From Paraphysomonas bandaiensis (lineage: Eukaryota > Protista > Chrysophyceae), in NCBI GenBank assembly GCA_965644295.1, contig CBFFRP010000297.1, positions 558,001 to 622,000 of the forward strand: a stretch of 64,000 nucleotides of DNA, in the 5' to 3' direction. Below the pieces are notes generated by a model. It saw only the letters and a list, made by a program, of their open reading frames with translations, was not told where the DNA came from and ran no database searches. The position numbers and the translations under genes were made by a program. Below are positions 13,735 through 25,648 of the stretch, one piece after another (position 1 is the first letter of the stretch; each line of letters opens with the position of its first letter).

Positions 13735-16366
13735 ATGGGTTGCATTGATTCCAAGCCTGCCAATGCTAACGGTGTGAGTGAGGGAGATATCGAGACACAC
13801 GATCAGGAGCAGAGGATCGAGTTGGCATTTAAAGCGAAACGTCAAAATGTTTTCACTGCTGGAATCGATACCAGCAAAGAGCCCACCCTAAAGAACGTCC
13901 CTAAGACTGATGCTCAGCGAGACCTCATAAGTAAGAGCCGCTCACTGTTATGTATGTGTGCTACACTAACGGCTGTGTGTGTATGTACATTCAGATCATG
14001 CGCTGGACCAGAATTTTATCTTTGCCACTTTGGGAGAAGAAGAACGAAATATTCTTGTCAATGCTATGGAGAAAGTTGAAATCGGAGCGAATGAGAATAT
14101 TATAACTCAAGGTAGTTCGTTGTGTTAGTTTTGTATGCCTTTCTCACTGGTAGCATGTAACAGGGGAGGAAGGAGATTTCTTCTATGTGATCGAGAGAGG
14201 AGTATTCAGTGTTATTGTCAATGACACAACCGTTGGGTCGCTTGGAGACGGAAAGAGTTTTGGCGAGCTCGCTCTATTGTATAATACTCCACGCCAGGCG
14301 ACTGTTAAATCCACCGGACCAGCTCATCTTTTCAGCCTTGACCGTGACACATTTAGATACACCCTCGCCCGCAGCTCATCAGAGCGTAGCAATCAAATTC
14401 AACAAGCCCTTTCCAAGGTTTCTCTCTTAGCTGGACTCACCCCTTATCAACTCTCTAAGATTAGCGAAGCGGTGGAAATAATTAAATTTGACACGGGTGT
14501 GTACGATTTTGCGCTATATTAATCGCCACATAATATATATTAATATCATATCATATCCAGGTCAGACAATTATCAAAAAAGGGTCTGAAGGAAACATCTT
14601 TTACATGATCAAAGAGGGAACTGTGAAGGTATCCGATGTTGGTAGCGGTGGATTCAATGACCACACGCTAACGGCGGGAAGTTATTTCGGTGAGCGTGCA
14701 CTTATAACTGGAGAGCCACGAGCCGCAAACGTGACTGCCGAGACTCCAGTTCTGTTAATGGCCCTCGACCGAGAGTCATTCAATTCTCTTTTAGGCCCCT
14801 TGCGCGAAGTTTTAGACCACAACTTGAATATGCGGGTGCTGGAAAATATTACCCTATTTTCGAACCTTACTGAGCGGGAAAAGTCAAAGGTTTCCCGTTC
14901 GTTTCAATTTGAAACCTTTTCCGCAGGCACTACTATTGTGAGAGAGGGAGACAGAGGGCGCAAGTTCTACATTATCAAGGATGGATCAGCGAAAGTCATT
15001 ATAGGCGAGGAAGAAGTTGGTACCCTTGAGAGTGGACAATACTTCGGCGAGATGGCACTTTTAGACGATGAAGTCAGGAAAGCCTCCGTCGTGGCTACTA
15101 CTGCATGCGAGTGTTTCGCACTTGACAGGCCGACTTTTAATCGTATCCTTGGATCTCTACAAGATATTATGGCGAGGGAGACGGAACAGCGCCTTAGCAC
15201 TCTTAATGAGAAAAGTGGAGGCGGTCCCGTGTGCAACATTGAGTTCAAGGATTTACACCCTCTAGCAGTGCTTGGTGCTGGAACGTTTGGCCGGTACATA
15301 TGTGTATTGTTGTGATATTTGATAATATTGATATTTGTTACTCAGGGTATCACTCGTACAGCATAAGACAACGAAAGAAGTCTATGCGCTTAAAGCTATG
15401 ATTAAAGCTGAAATTGTGATGCATAAGCAGCAGTCTAATGTCGTTCAGGAGAAGAATGTTATGTTACAGGCGAACCACCCTTTCATTCTACGACTACACA
15501 CTACCTTTAAGGATAGCAGCCGGCTGTACATGCTTCTTGAGTTCGTTCAAGGAGGAGAATTGTTTTCTGTTATTCACACCGCCAGACACGACGGCGTTCC
15601 CAGTAGCCAAGCGAAATTCTATGGGGCTGGTGTGCTGCTTGGACTATCCTATCTGCACTCGAAGGACATAGCTTACAGAGATATGAAGCCCGAAAATTGC
15701 CTCGTGGATAAAGATGGATACCCTAAAATTGTCGACTTTGGTTTTGCCAAAGTCATCCGCAACTGCAAGACGTATACTCTGTGTGGCACTCCAGAATACC
15801 TGGCCCCAGAGATTGTTTTAGGGCGTGGCCACGACAAGGCGGTCGACTACTGGGCGTTTGGCATCTTGTTGTACGAAATGATCGCAGGGTACTCACCCTT
15901 CTCCGATCCTCAAGGGATGGATCAAGTGGTCATTTGCAGAAATATTGTCAATGGTCGCTTGATATTCCCAAAAAATTTCGACACTGAGTGCAAGGTATGT
16001 GTGCACTTCCTATGAATTGCTAATATAATGTCGACTACTAGGATGTCGTGAAGAAGTTATTGTCCAGAGATCCAATCACCCGCCTCGGAAATCTTCGAGG
16101 TGGTCCAGGTTAGTGTCTTCATTTATGTCTTCATGCTTATCTCATACGTGCTTGGTTGGTGGTGTGGTGCAGATGAAATCAAGCAGCATCAGTGGTTCGC
16201 CTCGTTTGATTTTGATGCCATGATGAACAAGAGTATGAAGGCACCATGGATCCCGAAAGTCAGCTCCGTAACTGACACTTCAAACTTTGACCCTATGGAA
16301 GAAGAAGAAATTCCCAACTACGGAAATAAGTATATCGACGGCAGCGGGTGGGATAGAGATTTCTAG
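13735..16366 (+). CDS. Cyclic-nucleotide-dependent protein kinase (PKG-like single chain: 3 cNMP-binding domains + AGC kinase)
   Basis: MGC acylation start; FGELALL, FGERALI and FGEMALL cNMP cassettes; LGAGTFGRV, YRDMKPEN, TLCGTPEYLAPE; C-terminal WDRDF. Confidence 0.92.
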
Positions 16367-16731
16367 TGCTGTGGGCATGCCAGTGACATCTTGAGTGGTA
16401 GTGGTCCTTTTAACAGCTTTTCATTTGAGATTCAATAATTGTTTTACGATGATTATTCTTCCATCGTAGTTATATATGTCTAGCTTTCTAGTTGATGTTA
16501 CTATAATAGCAGCTAAATAAGAATTACTTCAGCTGCTAATTAACGCTCTAAATCTAATAACAAGTTTTGTCTAGAATTAAAACCAATTATTATATATTTA
16601 ATCACTATTTTTTATATTACTGTGCCGCTGAAAGACTGATACGTTAAGAACATCTTCACTTCAAGCAAACGACTAATATATAATTGCACTTTGATAACAA
16701 TAGCAAATTGTAGCAGGCTATGTTCTACAAC

Positions 16732-18920
16732 TTACGAGTCCGCATCAGTACAATTGGCAACACCATCCAACTCTTCCTGCATAATGCGAATCCTTTTCAT
16801 CACTTCTAAAGCTTCTCTCTTGCGTCCCTGCTGCATGCAGGCTACAGCTAAAACTTTATCCTTTTGAAGCCGTTCCCTAACAACTTGAAGATACGATTCC
16901 ATTGATAGCTGCTCGTTCAGAACTTTGTTCTCGAGAATTAACAAACTGGATTTTAGAAGCATTATTCTCAGGTCTAACTTTTGCCGATCATCGTCATTCA
17001 AAGCAGAGCGTCGTGAATCCTGGGCTCTTTTAATCTCATTGGTCAATACATCATTACTCACTAATAATTTTACGTTCAGCGGATCAGACAACTCCTCCGC
17101 AGGAGCAGTAACAGTTTGCGATTGCTGTTGAGTGATTGGTACTGTCTCAGGTGTGTTCTCAGATTTGCCGCTCAAAGTTGGTTCTAACGTTTGAGTTTTC
17201 GATTGCTGTTGAGTGATTGGTACTGTCTCAGGTGTGTTCTCAGATTTGCCGCTCAAAGTTGGTTCTAACGTTTGAGTTTTCGATTGCTGTTGAGTGATTG
17301 GTACTGTCTCAGGCGTGTTCTCAGAATTGCCGCTCAATGTTGGTTCTAACGTTTGAGTTTTCGATTGCTGTTGAGTCATTGGTGCTGTCTCAAGTGCGTT
17401 CTCAGAATTGCTGCTCAATATTGGATCAAACATTGAACTGCTGTCACCAGCACAGTAACTTTGTGACGATATAATCGTTGACTGTGATTCAGGTACATAT
17501 TCTATCATAAGTTCTCTTTGTGTTTGCTTGCGAATTTCAGCAGTGCATAGAGGTCGTCGTAATGAAATGAAGACGCGAAGTGTACCACCAACTGATTTTC
17601 TCCCACTTGAGTTGGTAATAGAAATATCCCCACCCGTTTGACATTTTGTGAGTAGTTCTACGAGTGGTACTTTTACAAGCCCAAGAGGTTTATCCGATTT
17701 GAAGAAGCCACGGTGAAGGGTCAAATCAAAAGACGCTGATTTCCTGTTAAACTTCCTTTCGGAAGTCTTATTACGATGGAAAGAAAACACTCTTGTGTGA
17801 CGAAAGCATGCTGACCGGTCATTATCAATGTATTTGACAGCGGGAACTGAAACAGACTCCGAAACAATTTCTAACGAATAGCTGATACCAATTTTTCTGC
17901 TTGAATGGTCTCGCAGAACATTTTCCAAATCATTAACAGACTCAATGACCACCCTAATTTGATCGTCTCCAAGGGTCCTATCTTCAAATGTACTCTCTTG
18001 TGTTGTGACCTTCCAGTGAAACAAAGGTGGTTTGGCACCAGGAACTTTTCGTCGCGATTCTATGGCAATCAGTTCATCCTTCAAGTGCTTATACTTTTTG
18101 AATAACTTAGCCGCCATTTCACGGTTTGACTGATGATTAGCCTTTGCTTCCAAGAATGCTTCTTTCATAGCCTCGCGGACAGCATTTTCTACAGGAGTAA
18201 ATTCATCGACTGTGCTTTGGATTTCAATAGCTGGACTTTCATGATTATTCACTGGTGCCACGTCGTGAGATTGTTGCCGCTTCTCACAGTTAGGCGTCAC
18301 TTCAGCGTCTCTCTTAAGGACTATACGCACTGCAGTTACAGCTGTTAAGTATACGAGTGCTCATGTTTACCTGTGTCTGACGTCTCATGAGTGGTCTTAT
18401 CTTCTGCAGTGGTGTTATCTCCTGTATCACTGATATCCAGAGTATGATTGTGAGGACTGTCAGAGGGGTCAGCTATCTCTGTTGGGAAGATCTGAGTGTC
18501 TGAGTGTGATATTAGAGCCACAGCACTCATATCCATATCATTGATACGATCTGATTCCTCCTTATCTTCCTCATCATCACATGTACGCTCCTCGTCATCA
18601 CATTTGCTTCCCTCCTCATCACATTTACGCTCCTCCTCATCACATTTACTTCCCTCCTCATCACATTTACTTCCCTCCTCATCACATTTACTTCCCTCCT
18701 CATCTATTAATAAGGTTTGTAGTTGTAGTAGTGTGTCAGCATCAACAGGCTCATCTGATGTATGATTACACGGATCCGGTCCGGACATATCGCTACTAAT
18801 AAAATCAATATCATATTCACTTACGTCTATATTGAAGTTACTATCCACTTCATCGTCCTTCTCATTGGCTGACTTTTTTTTCTTTGAACTTTTATTCCAT
18901 TTAGTAACTGCTTTAAACAT
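16732..18920 (-). CDS. Coiled-coil and C2 domain protein (CC2D1A/B, Lgd-like), 2 exons
   Basis: C2-like HRGFFKSDKPLGLVKVPLVELLTKC...GRKSVGGTLRVFISLRRPL; C-terminal SNDVL..EI...LSMESYL...ALEVMKRIRIMQEEL typical of CC2D1; short intron near 18330-18370. Confidence 0.75.
17119..17425 (-). repeat. Coding tandem repeat, 81-bp unit (27 aa), about 3.7 copies
   Basis: CGATTGCTGTTGAGT recurs at 17119, 17200, 17281 and 17362; peptide QQQSKTQTLEPTLSG(K/N)SENTPETVPIT. Confidence 0.92.
18578..18703 (-). repeat. Coding minisatellite, 21-bp unit (CDEEGSK), about 6 copies
   Basis: Repeated TCACATTTACTTCCCTCCTCA on the + strand. Confidence 0.9.
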
Positions 18921-19384
18921 TCCCTGTATATGATATAGAGTATAGGGGCTATGGACCTATGAACCTATCGGCCTGCTATGGCAAGTTGAGTGGAGGATAA
19001 GAAAATTTCCTGATATTGTATAAAGGTGTTGAGAATATATCAGTGTTGTTAGACGTTCACTCCATAGGCTTCTTCTGAATGTATGGAATCCTCATATCTA
19101 CATACACAGCAGTACATCTGCATGCTGCACATCTAGACATAGATCCGTATAGCTGTCATACGGATGTTGCCTAGAAACTTTCTTTGTCCGGAGTACGGTA
19201 TGTACTATCTCAGTGTTTTTTTGTAAACTGATCTCTGTTGGCTATATACATATACATACATACAGTATCCCCATACACATACATGCACATACATATACTA
19301 TATATAAGTACAGCAGTAGATGTATGTATGTGCCGTCAACTCACTGATCAGTTGTTCACATGTCGTTATAAACCTCTCCATATT

Positions 19385-20534
19385 ATGCTCCCTTGTTTCT
19401 TATTGAGTTTGTTGTTGTTGCCTTCATTCTATAGCTCTGATCTTCCGAGCGGGTTTCATTTAGATATCGATGGAATCAGCATAGCTCCAAGTAACAGTTA
19501 TCTCTGTGCACTGGAGAGAAGACCCGGCGTACCTGTTGGAGGGAAGGTGCAGTGTTGGGGAGATGAATCCACACCACAAGTCAGTGATGTTCCATCTGAT
19601 GTAAGTGGTTTATGTTCATGAGATATGTGTTGATGTTGTTGCAGTCTGTGTTCGTTCAAGTTGTGACCAGCACATACTTCGCGTGTGGTGTGTTGTTAGA
19701 TCAGCGCGTTTCCTGTTGGGGAGAACGATCGGGGGGAAAGGTAAAAGGATTGTTTTCGCAGATTTCAGCTGGGTCCAGTTATGCATGTGGTGTTTTAACT
19801 GACGGACATATCACTTGCTGGGGTATGGCTGTGTATATTCATCATGCATGTCATCATTTTTCAATTCTTAGGAAAAGGATATGCACGCCATTCCCTAAAT
19901 GATGATGCTAGATTTGTGCAAGTATCTTGTGGAAACTCCCATTGCTGTGGCCTTGATGATGAAGGTAAGTATTATTCGTGTTCTACATGTGGTTGACGTC
20001 GTTTTCGAAGGGCTTGTCCACTGTTGGGGCTCTCGAGTTAGTAGCATCACCGAAACTCCTAAAGTAAAAGTGAAGAACGATGATGGTGATCTCATTAACG
20101 CAGAGACACGTGATGTTGTCGACCCTGATGAACTTGAAGATTTCCAAAAAGATGCTTTTTTTGTAACTGAAGATGTTCAATTTAAGCAGATATCAGTTGG
20201 AGATGAAATGTCATGTGGTATTCAACTGTTAGATGGTGATATAAGATGTTGGGGAAATTTGCGTAGTCACAAGCTCAGTGATTCCTTATTAAAGGGTCCA
20301 TATAGACAAGTTTCGGTGGGTTGGTCAGGTTTGTGTGGAATTTTGGAATCGAACAATAAGTTGAACTGCTACGGTCGTGCAGCTATAAGGGTTGGAGATC
20401 AAGCTGATTCATATGAATGGGATCAGGTTCGGGTTGGCAAGTACAATGTGTGTGGGGTGACAATGGATTCTCAATTAAAATGTTTTGGTATTTCTGAATA
20501 TTCTGCGATATCCAATGACTTTGTTGTTGCGTAG
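19385..20534 (+). CDS. Secreted RCC1/BLIP-II-like beta-propeller protein (crinkly-type repeats), multi-exon
   Basis: Signal peptide MLPCFLLSLLLLPSFYSS; repeats such as QISAGSSYACGVLTDGHITCWG and QISVGDEMSCGIQLLDGDIRCWG. Confidence 0.8.
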
Positions 20535-20732
20535 TGTGATTAATATAGGGTTAATAATATATTATGTGTTTAACGCGAAGTGTTAGAGTTTGTGCGCTTT
20601 AAATACTTACTCTATCTTACTTTCCTTTGCATTGTAGTAACATAGTGGAGTATTGAAATTGTATAGGGAAATATTATTCAACTTAATCGAAGCAATAAAC
20701 ATTCAACCTAGTCAATTTAGGAAAGTGTATAG

Positions 20733-21092
20733 TGGTGAGTGTCTTCTTATTAGCAATAGGCGTTTAAGAGTCAGAACTAATGTAGCAAAACAATTTACCT
20801 AGCTAGAGTCCTACTTTTTAACGCTACGAAAGCTGCTTGTGCGTCACCGAAAGCACCATAAAGGTGCAACCATTATCTCTCTATCACTGAAAGCAATCGA
20901 AGTGAGCATGCAGAATGTTGATATACCTGACATCTATTGACTTCAGGAGTGGTACACGAGACACTAATATAAGTGTCACTTGTGTGGACTTCGTTTTGCC
21001 TTGACAAATAAACCAGCATCCGAGCCCACCTGAAGAAACCGGGGTATTGGGATTGCTGTTGAAGTCAAGCATCCGGGCTGTACACCTTAAGA
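20733..21092. repeat. Dispersed repeat family B copy, with an internal segment inverted relative to other copies
   Basis: TTATTAGCAATAGG.GT.TAAGAGTCAGAACTAATGTAGCAAAACAATTTACCTA is shared with 59569+; GCAGAATGTTGATATACCTGACATC is shared with 50583+; 20990-21092 is the reverse complement of 59713+/50650+. Confidence 0.8.
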
Positions 21093-21343
21093 ACTGAAAG
21101 CGCATGGATAGGTGTTGCATCATTGATAGATGCATTTCAATAGAGTACTGATCACAGTATTACAGGTACCTCAGTATAATATGTACGAGATGTTTCTCAC
21201 ATAATCAAGAAGGTAAGTATAATATCTTATATCTTAATTATGTCCTTAGGGGCCTTTGAGATGAAGCACATGTCAAGCTCAACCAGGCCCTTATCAATGC
21301 AGCGAGGGCCTTTATCAAATACGAGCCCATGAAATAAAAAGGT

Positions 21344-21495
21344 TTTTGAAACTACACCGGACTCGGTCACGACAAATTGTCCAATTCTCATTAGAATGCG
21401 AAGATGAAATGTGATGAGAAGGCTTTGAAACTACACCGGACTCGGTCACGACGAATTGTCCAATTCTCATTAGAATGCGAAAATGAAATGTGATG
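21344..21495. repeat. Direct tandem duplication, ~79-bp period, 2 copies
   Basis: TTTGAAACTACACCGGACTCGGTCACGAC.AATTGTCCAATTCTCATTAGAATGCGAA..TGAAATGTGATG occurs twice. Confidence 0.9.
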
Positions 21496-22404
21496 TATAG
21501 CATGTATAAAATATCTGCATTAATTAATTGATGTCTATATCATGTTCCCATGTTGGAATAAAAACTCCTAGTTTTGACTAGATGAACACCTTAGGGTTAG
21601 TCGGGTTAGTAGTCTGCTATATTTGGGCTTATTGTGCGTCTGCTAACTAGTCTCTCTCGATCACACCTGCTGCAGTAACCGACTTATCATACACGGCAAA
21701 TCATAGAAAACATGTTCCCATGTTTGAATAAAAACTCTTACTTTTGACTAGATGAACACCATAAACACCTAGGTAACCTTAGGGTTAGTCGGGTTAGTAG
21801 TCAACATTACTACAGTTATTACATATATATTTACCCTACTATATTATAAGACGTTGACTATTATCGTGTGATCAAGAAGTAATCTGTTTTTCTTTTGGAA
21901 ACTAATATAGAGATAAAGAAAATATTTCAGTATTTTGACTTTTCTTGAGTTATAGGATTTACCTGAGGGCTATAGAGTCGAAGAATCATGAATCAGATGG
22001 ACATTGTTCTACTTTCGATAGTTGAACCTCAATGGCACTTGTTGTACCATTTAAAACCTGATTCGTTATGGACTTTTCTTTTATAGTGATAAATACTTTG
22101 TTCGTAGTTGACCCTTAGTTCGTAAACTGGTAGTATATCATGTTAATAATGAATTGAATTCAATATATATACCGCGTTTTTGCATTGCGGTGAGCCAAGC
22201 TCGATGTATAGACAGTTTCAAGAAACATGAGTGCGTTATGTTTTCGAAATAGAGCATAATTATCGTTAAAAATTAGTTAACTTTTTCCACTTGTTTCTCA
22301 AAATCAGCTGGATACCAGTTATAGCGATTCACTTGCCAGCTACAAGTACATGCCGAGGCCGATACTAGATATCTCATGCATGATCTCGTTCGCTGAAAAC
22401 GAGA

Positions 22405-23115
22405 TCACGCCTCTGTGATGACCTCGCCCTCATAAGCACGGTGCTGCTCATACCATTCGTCTTCAAGCTTCAAAATATTGCTTTCCGAATATCTCTGAAT
22501 CTCGTTCATTAAGACACCGTAAACAGTTGAGGTTTCCTCCGTGGTGATCCCTCGTTCCTGAACCTCCACCCACTTTCGCTCTTTGCTGTTTCCGAGATGC
22601 TTGACAACTTCACGCATACTCACCTGCCGATTAGAGGTAACACCAACGTGGGCGCACACCACGGCTACATGCACGTTAATTCCATCCGTCTGGTGTCGCT
22701 GTGTGGATACTCGCCCAACGGACAGTGATGCGTCCCCACTCTTCGGCATTATGAACACCATATCAACAGCATCCGATGAAAAAGCCTTTGAAGAAAGCTC
22801 AGCAACTAGTTTTGAGACACTGAGAGATATTCCGGCCTTTGTAAGTCCATCCATGAGATCATCAGAGGAGTGTGCAGTGAACTGAGAGGTGCTGTGTGTC
22901 ACAGAGGGCTCCGATATCTCAAACACATCACGAGACTCCTCAACATTAGTTGCCTTTTGAGGAGATGCATGTTGCACAGTACTCTCGACCAGTCGAGCAG
23001 GGTTGAGGTTCTGTCGGACAAAGTTTTCTGACTTTTTGTAAATTCTTTTCCACTTGGAAGCGTCACTAACTGACAAGTGGAGGAGCAAGAGGCCAGTGAT
23101 GCAACTCAATTTCAT
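22405..23115 (-). CDS. Secreted protein of unknown function, type A, copy 1 (236 aa)
   Basis: Intronless ORF with signal peptide MKLSCITGLLLLHLSVSDA; intact in both duplicates. Confidence 0.75.
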   Translation of the reverse strand: MKLSCITGLLLLHLSVSDASKWKRIYKKSENFVRQNLNPARLVESTVQHASPQKATNVEESRDVFEISEPSVTHSTSQFTAHSSDDLMDGLTKAGISLSVSKLVAELSSKAFSSDAVDMVFIMPKSGDASLSVGRVSTQRHQTDGINVHVAVVCAHVGVTSNRQVSMREVVKHLGNSKERKWVEVQERGITTEETSTVYGVLMNEIQRYSESNILKLEDEWYEQHRAYEGEVITEA

Positions 23116-23440
23116 CGGCTCGGGTTGGGTTGGTTTGTTTTTAGGGGCTCGTGATGTAAATATTCAGATATTTCTGTATTTATGAGGTTTCAGCAATCTG
23201 AAACAATTTTATGACACGTGGACAAGAGACAAATCTTGGAAAATCCCCACTTTCCCGACATGTAGGCATGTCCAGAAACCTTCTTGGAAAATCCCCTCTT
23301 TCCTGATAGGTGGAAACAGTTCATTGTCTCGTGGACACCTGCGTCTCGTGATGATCCTAATCTTGGAGCGACAACTGTGTCTACAGTGCAGTGCAATGCA
23401 GATATTTCTTGGAGTAAATTCATAAAAGATACCATCAAAC

Positions 23441-24379
23441 ATGTTTGCAATACTGATACTGTTTCTGCTCTCCACAAACTTGACTGAGGCAGACAAAACT
23501 GACAAAGTTTCGAAAGCACTGGAGAATGCAGGCGCATCAGCCATATCGAAAGCAGCCGGGATCCCCATTACTGAAGCAATCGCACTAGTCAAGACATCTA
23601 AGACGGAAATGATAACTGGAACAATCTCTGGACAAGGTATATCAGGATAAACAGAATGCATGAAGGAGTATGTTAAATTCACGATAGGCCTTAAAGAATA
23701 TGTCGAAGTGCATCCATTTCAGTTTAAGGGGCTGTACTTTCCTGAAGATATTCGAGAAACTGTTCTTGCCTATGTTCGAAATATTCCAACCATTGCAGAA
23801 GGGAATAAGGAGCTGCTCCAGAAAGCCCTCAGTGCAGATTTGGCTGAGGCAGATTACGTGCTTGGCTCAAGTATCGTGGGGTCTTTCAGTTTCGTCTATA
23901 TTAGCTACGAATGTGCTAATCCTGAGTGCAGTCTTATCCAGCTATTAATATTGGGTGCTAGTGGAAGGATGAAAAACTTCCCAGATGTGGATATCTATCA
24001 AGTGACCAAATCAAGCGCGTTAAAATCTTCCACTTCGGTATGTAGATATCACTAACTACTACCATCCACAAAATATGAATATATTTTCTATCATTTTCTT
24101 GGCTATAAACGTGTATATATCTTAAATAACTTGCTTAATGTATAGGTTCAATTTCGAACCCGCGAACGTGGAATCAGCATGCAAGATATTGCGGATATGT
24201 GGACCCTCATGACCCGCCCTCTACTGGGTAAATTGCCTGTCCTGTTTTTAAATAAGCATATTTTATTAACGCTCTACTATTGCGTTGTAGATTCTTCCAA
24301 ATTGATTGCAGCAGGGAATGCTGAGACTGCTTACAGATATATGCCTCCAGCTGGCAATTTGAACAGAATACTCGCCTGA
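23441..24379 (+). CDS. Secreted protein of unknown function, type B, copy 1 (exons 23441-23636, 23688-24037, 24146-24227, 24291-24379)
   Basis: Signal peptide MFAILILFLLSTNLTEA; GT-AG introns keep the frame open through SGQG|LKEY, STS|VQFRTRERGISMQD and PLL|DSSK. Confidence 0.75.
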
Positions 24380-25648
24380 AGGACTCCGTGATAGAAGAGT
24401 ATAGAGCATTGATGTAATGCTACATGACAGTGACAGAATTATTACTTAATATTCCAATTTTGGTACTTATTGTCTTACAACAGTCGTACCATGTCTGATA
24501 GTGCTGGTAAAAATTATGTTACTGATTATAATCACTTTTTGCAAACTTGTTGAGTTAATGTGTGATACATATACAATTGAAGTGAGCTAGTGGTGTACAA
24601 TAGGTAAAGCTAATGATAGAGCAAGAATACGGTATGCATCTATATTTGTAGTACTCAATAATATGACGAAAATACTTGTCAAGTGCAACACATGTCACAA
24701 CTGCTCTTACGGACGTCACGAAGTTTTATGTGTATTTCATGTATGAGCGAATCAGTAGATATAAACACATATCAACACTTGTATACATTTCAAATATGTA
24801 TGCATCAATACTTGAGTATAGATCGTTTAAAGTAACTCACTGGGCGTTGAACTATTCTACAGTTAATAAAAATTGTGTTAGACATATTGATACTGTCACT
24901 ATAACCAACCAATGTTAGATAGACACAATATCTGCATTAATTAATTGATGTCATATCATGTTCCCATGTTTGAATAAAAACTCTTAGTTTTGACTAGATG
25001 AACACCATAAACACCTAGGTAACCTTAGGGTTAGTCGGGTTAGTCGGGTTAGTAGTCAACATTACTACAGTTATTACATATATATTTACCCTACTATATT
25101 ATAAGACGTTGACTATTATCGTGTGATCAAGAAGTAATCTGCTTTTCTTTTGGAAACTAATATAGAGATAAAGAAAATATTTCAGTATTTTGACTTTTCT
25201 TGAGTTATAGGATTTACCTGAGGGCTATAGAGTCGAAGAATCATGAATCAGATGGACATTGTTCTACTTTCGATAGTTGAACCTGAATGGCACTTGTTGT
25301 ACCATTTAAAACCTGATTCGTTATGGACTTTCCTTTTATAGTGATAAATACTTTGTTCGTAGTTGGCCCTTAGTTCGTAAACTGGTAGTATATCATGTTA
25401 ATAATGAATTGAATTCAATATATATACCGCGTTTTTGCATTGCGGTGAGCCAAGCTCGATGTATAGACAGTTTCAAGAAACATGTTTTCGAAATAGAGCA
25501 TAATTATCGTTAAAAATTAGTTAACTTTTTCCACTTGTTTCTCAAAATCAGCTGGATACCAGTTATAGCGATTCACTTGCCAGCTACAAGTACATGCCGA
25601 GGCCGATACTAGATATCTCATGCATGATCTCGTTCGCTGAAAACGAGA

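Noticed and set aside
21590-21612. TTAGGGTTAGTCGGGTTAG as telomeric or interstitial telomere repeat
   Set aside because: Only one true TTAGGG unit; it is part of dispersed repeat family A.
23190-23682. Antisense ORFs (157 aa, 115 aa) over gene B and its promoter, and similar antisense ORFs over the kinases and NPHP4
   Set aside because: Shadow frames of real genes; conserved only because the region is recently duplicated.
23637-23687. Apparent in-frame TAA (GISG*TECM) in both copies of gene B, suggesting readthrough or an alternative code
   Set aside because: It lies in a 51-nt GT-AG intron whose removal keeps the frame; TAA is used as a normal stop elsewhere in the window.
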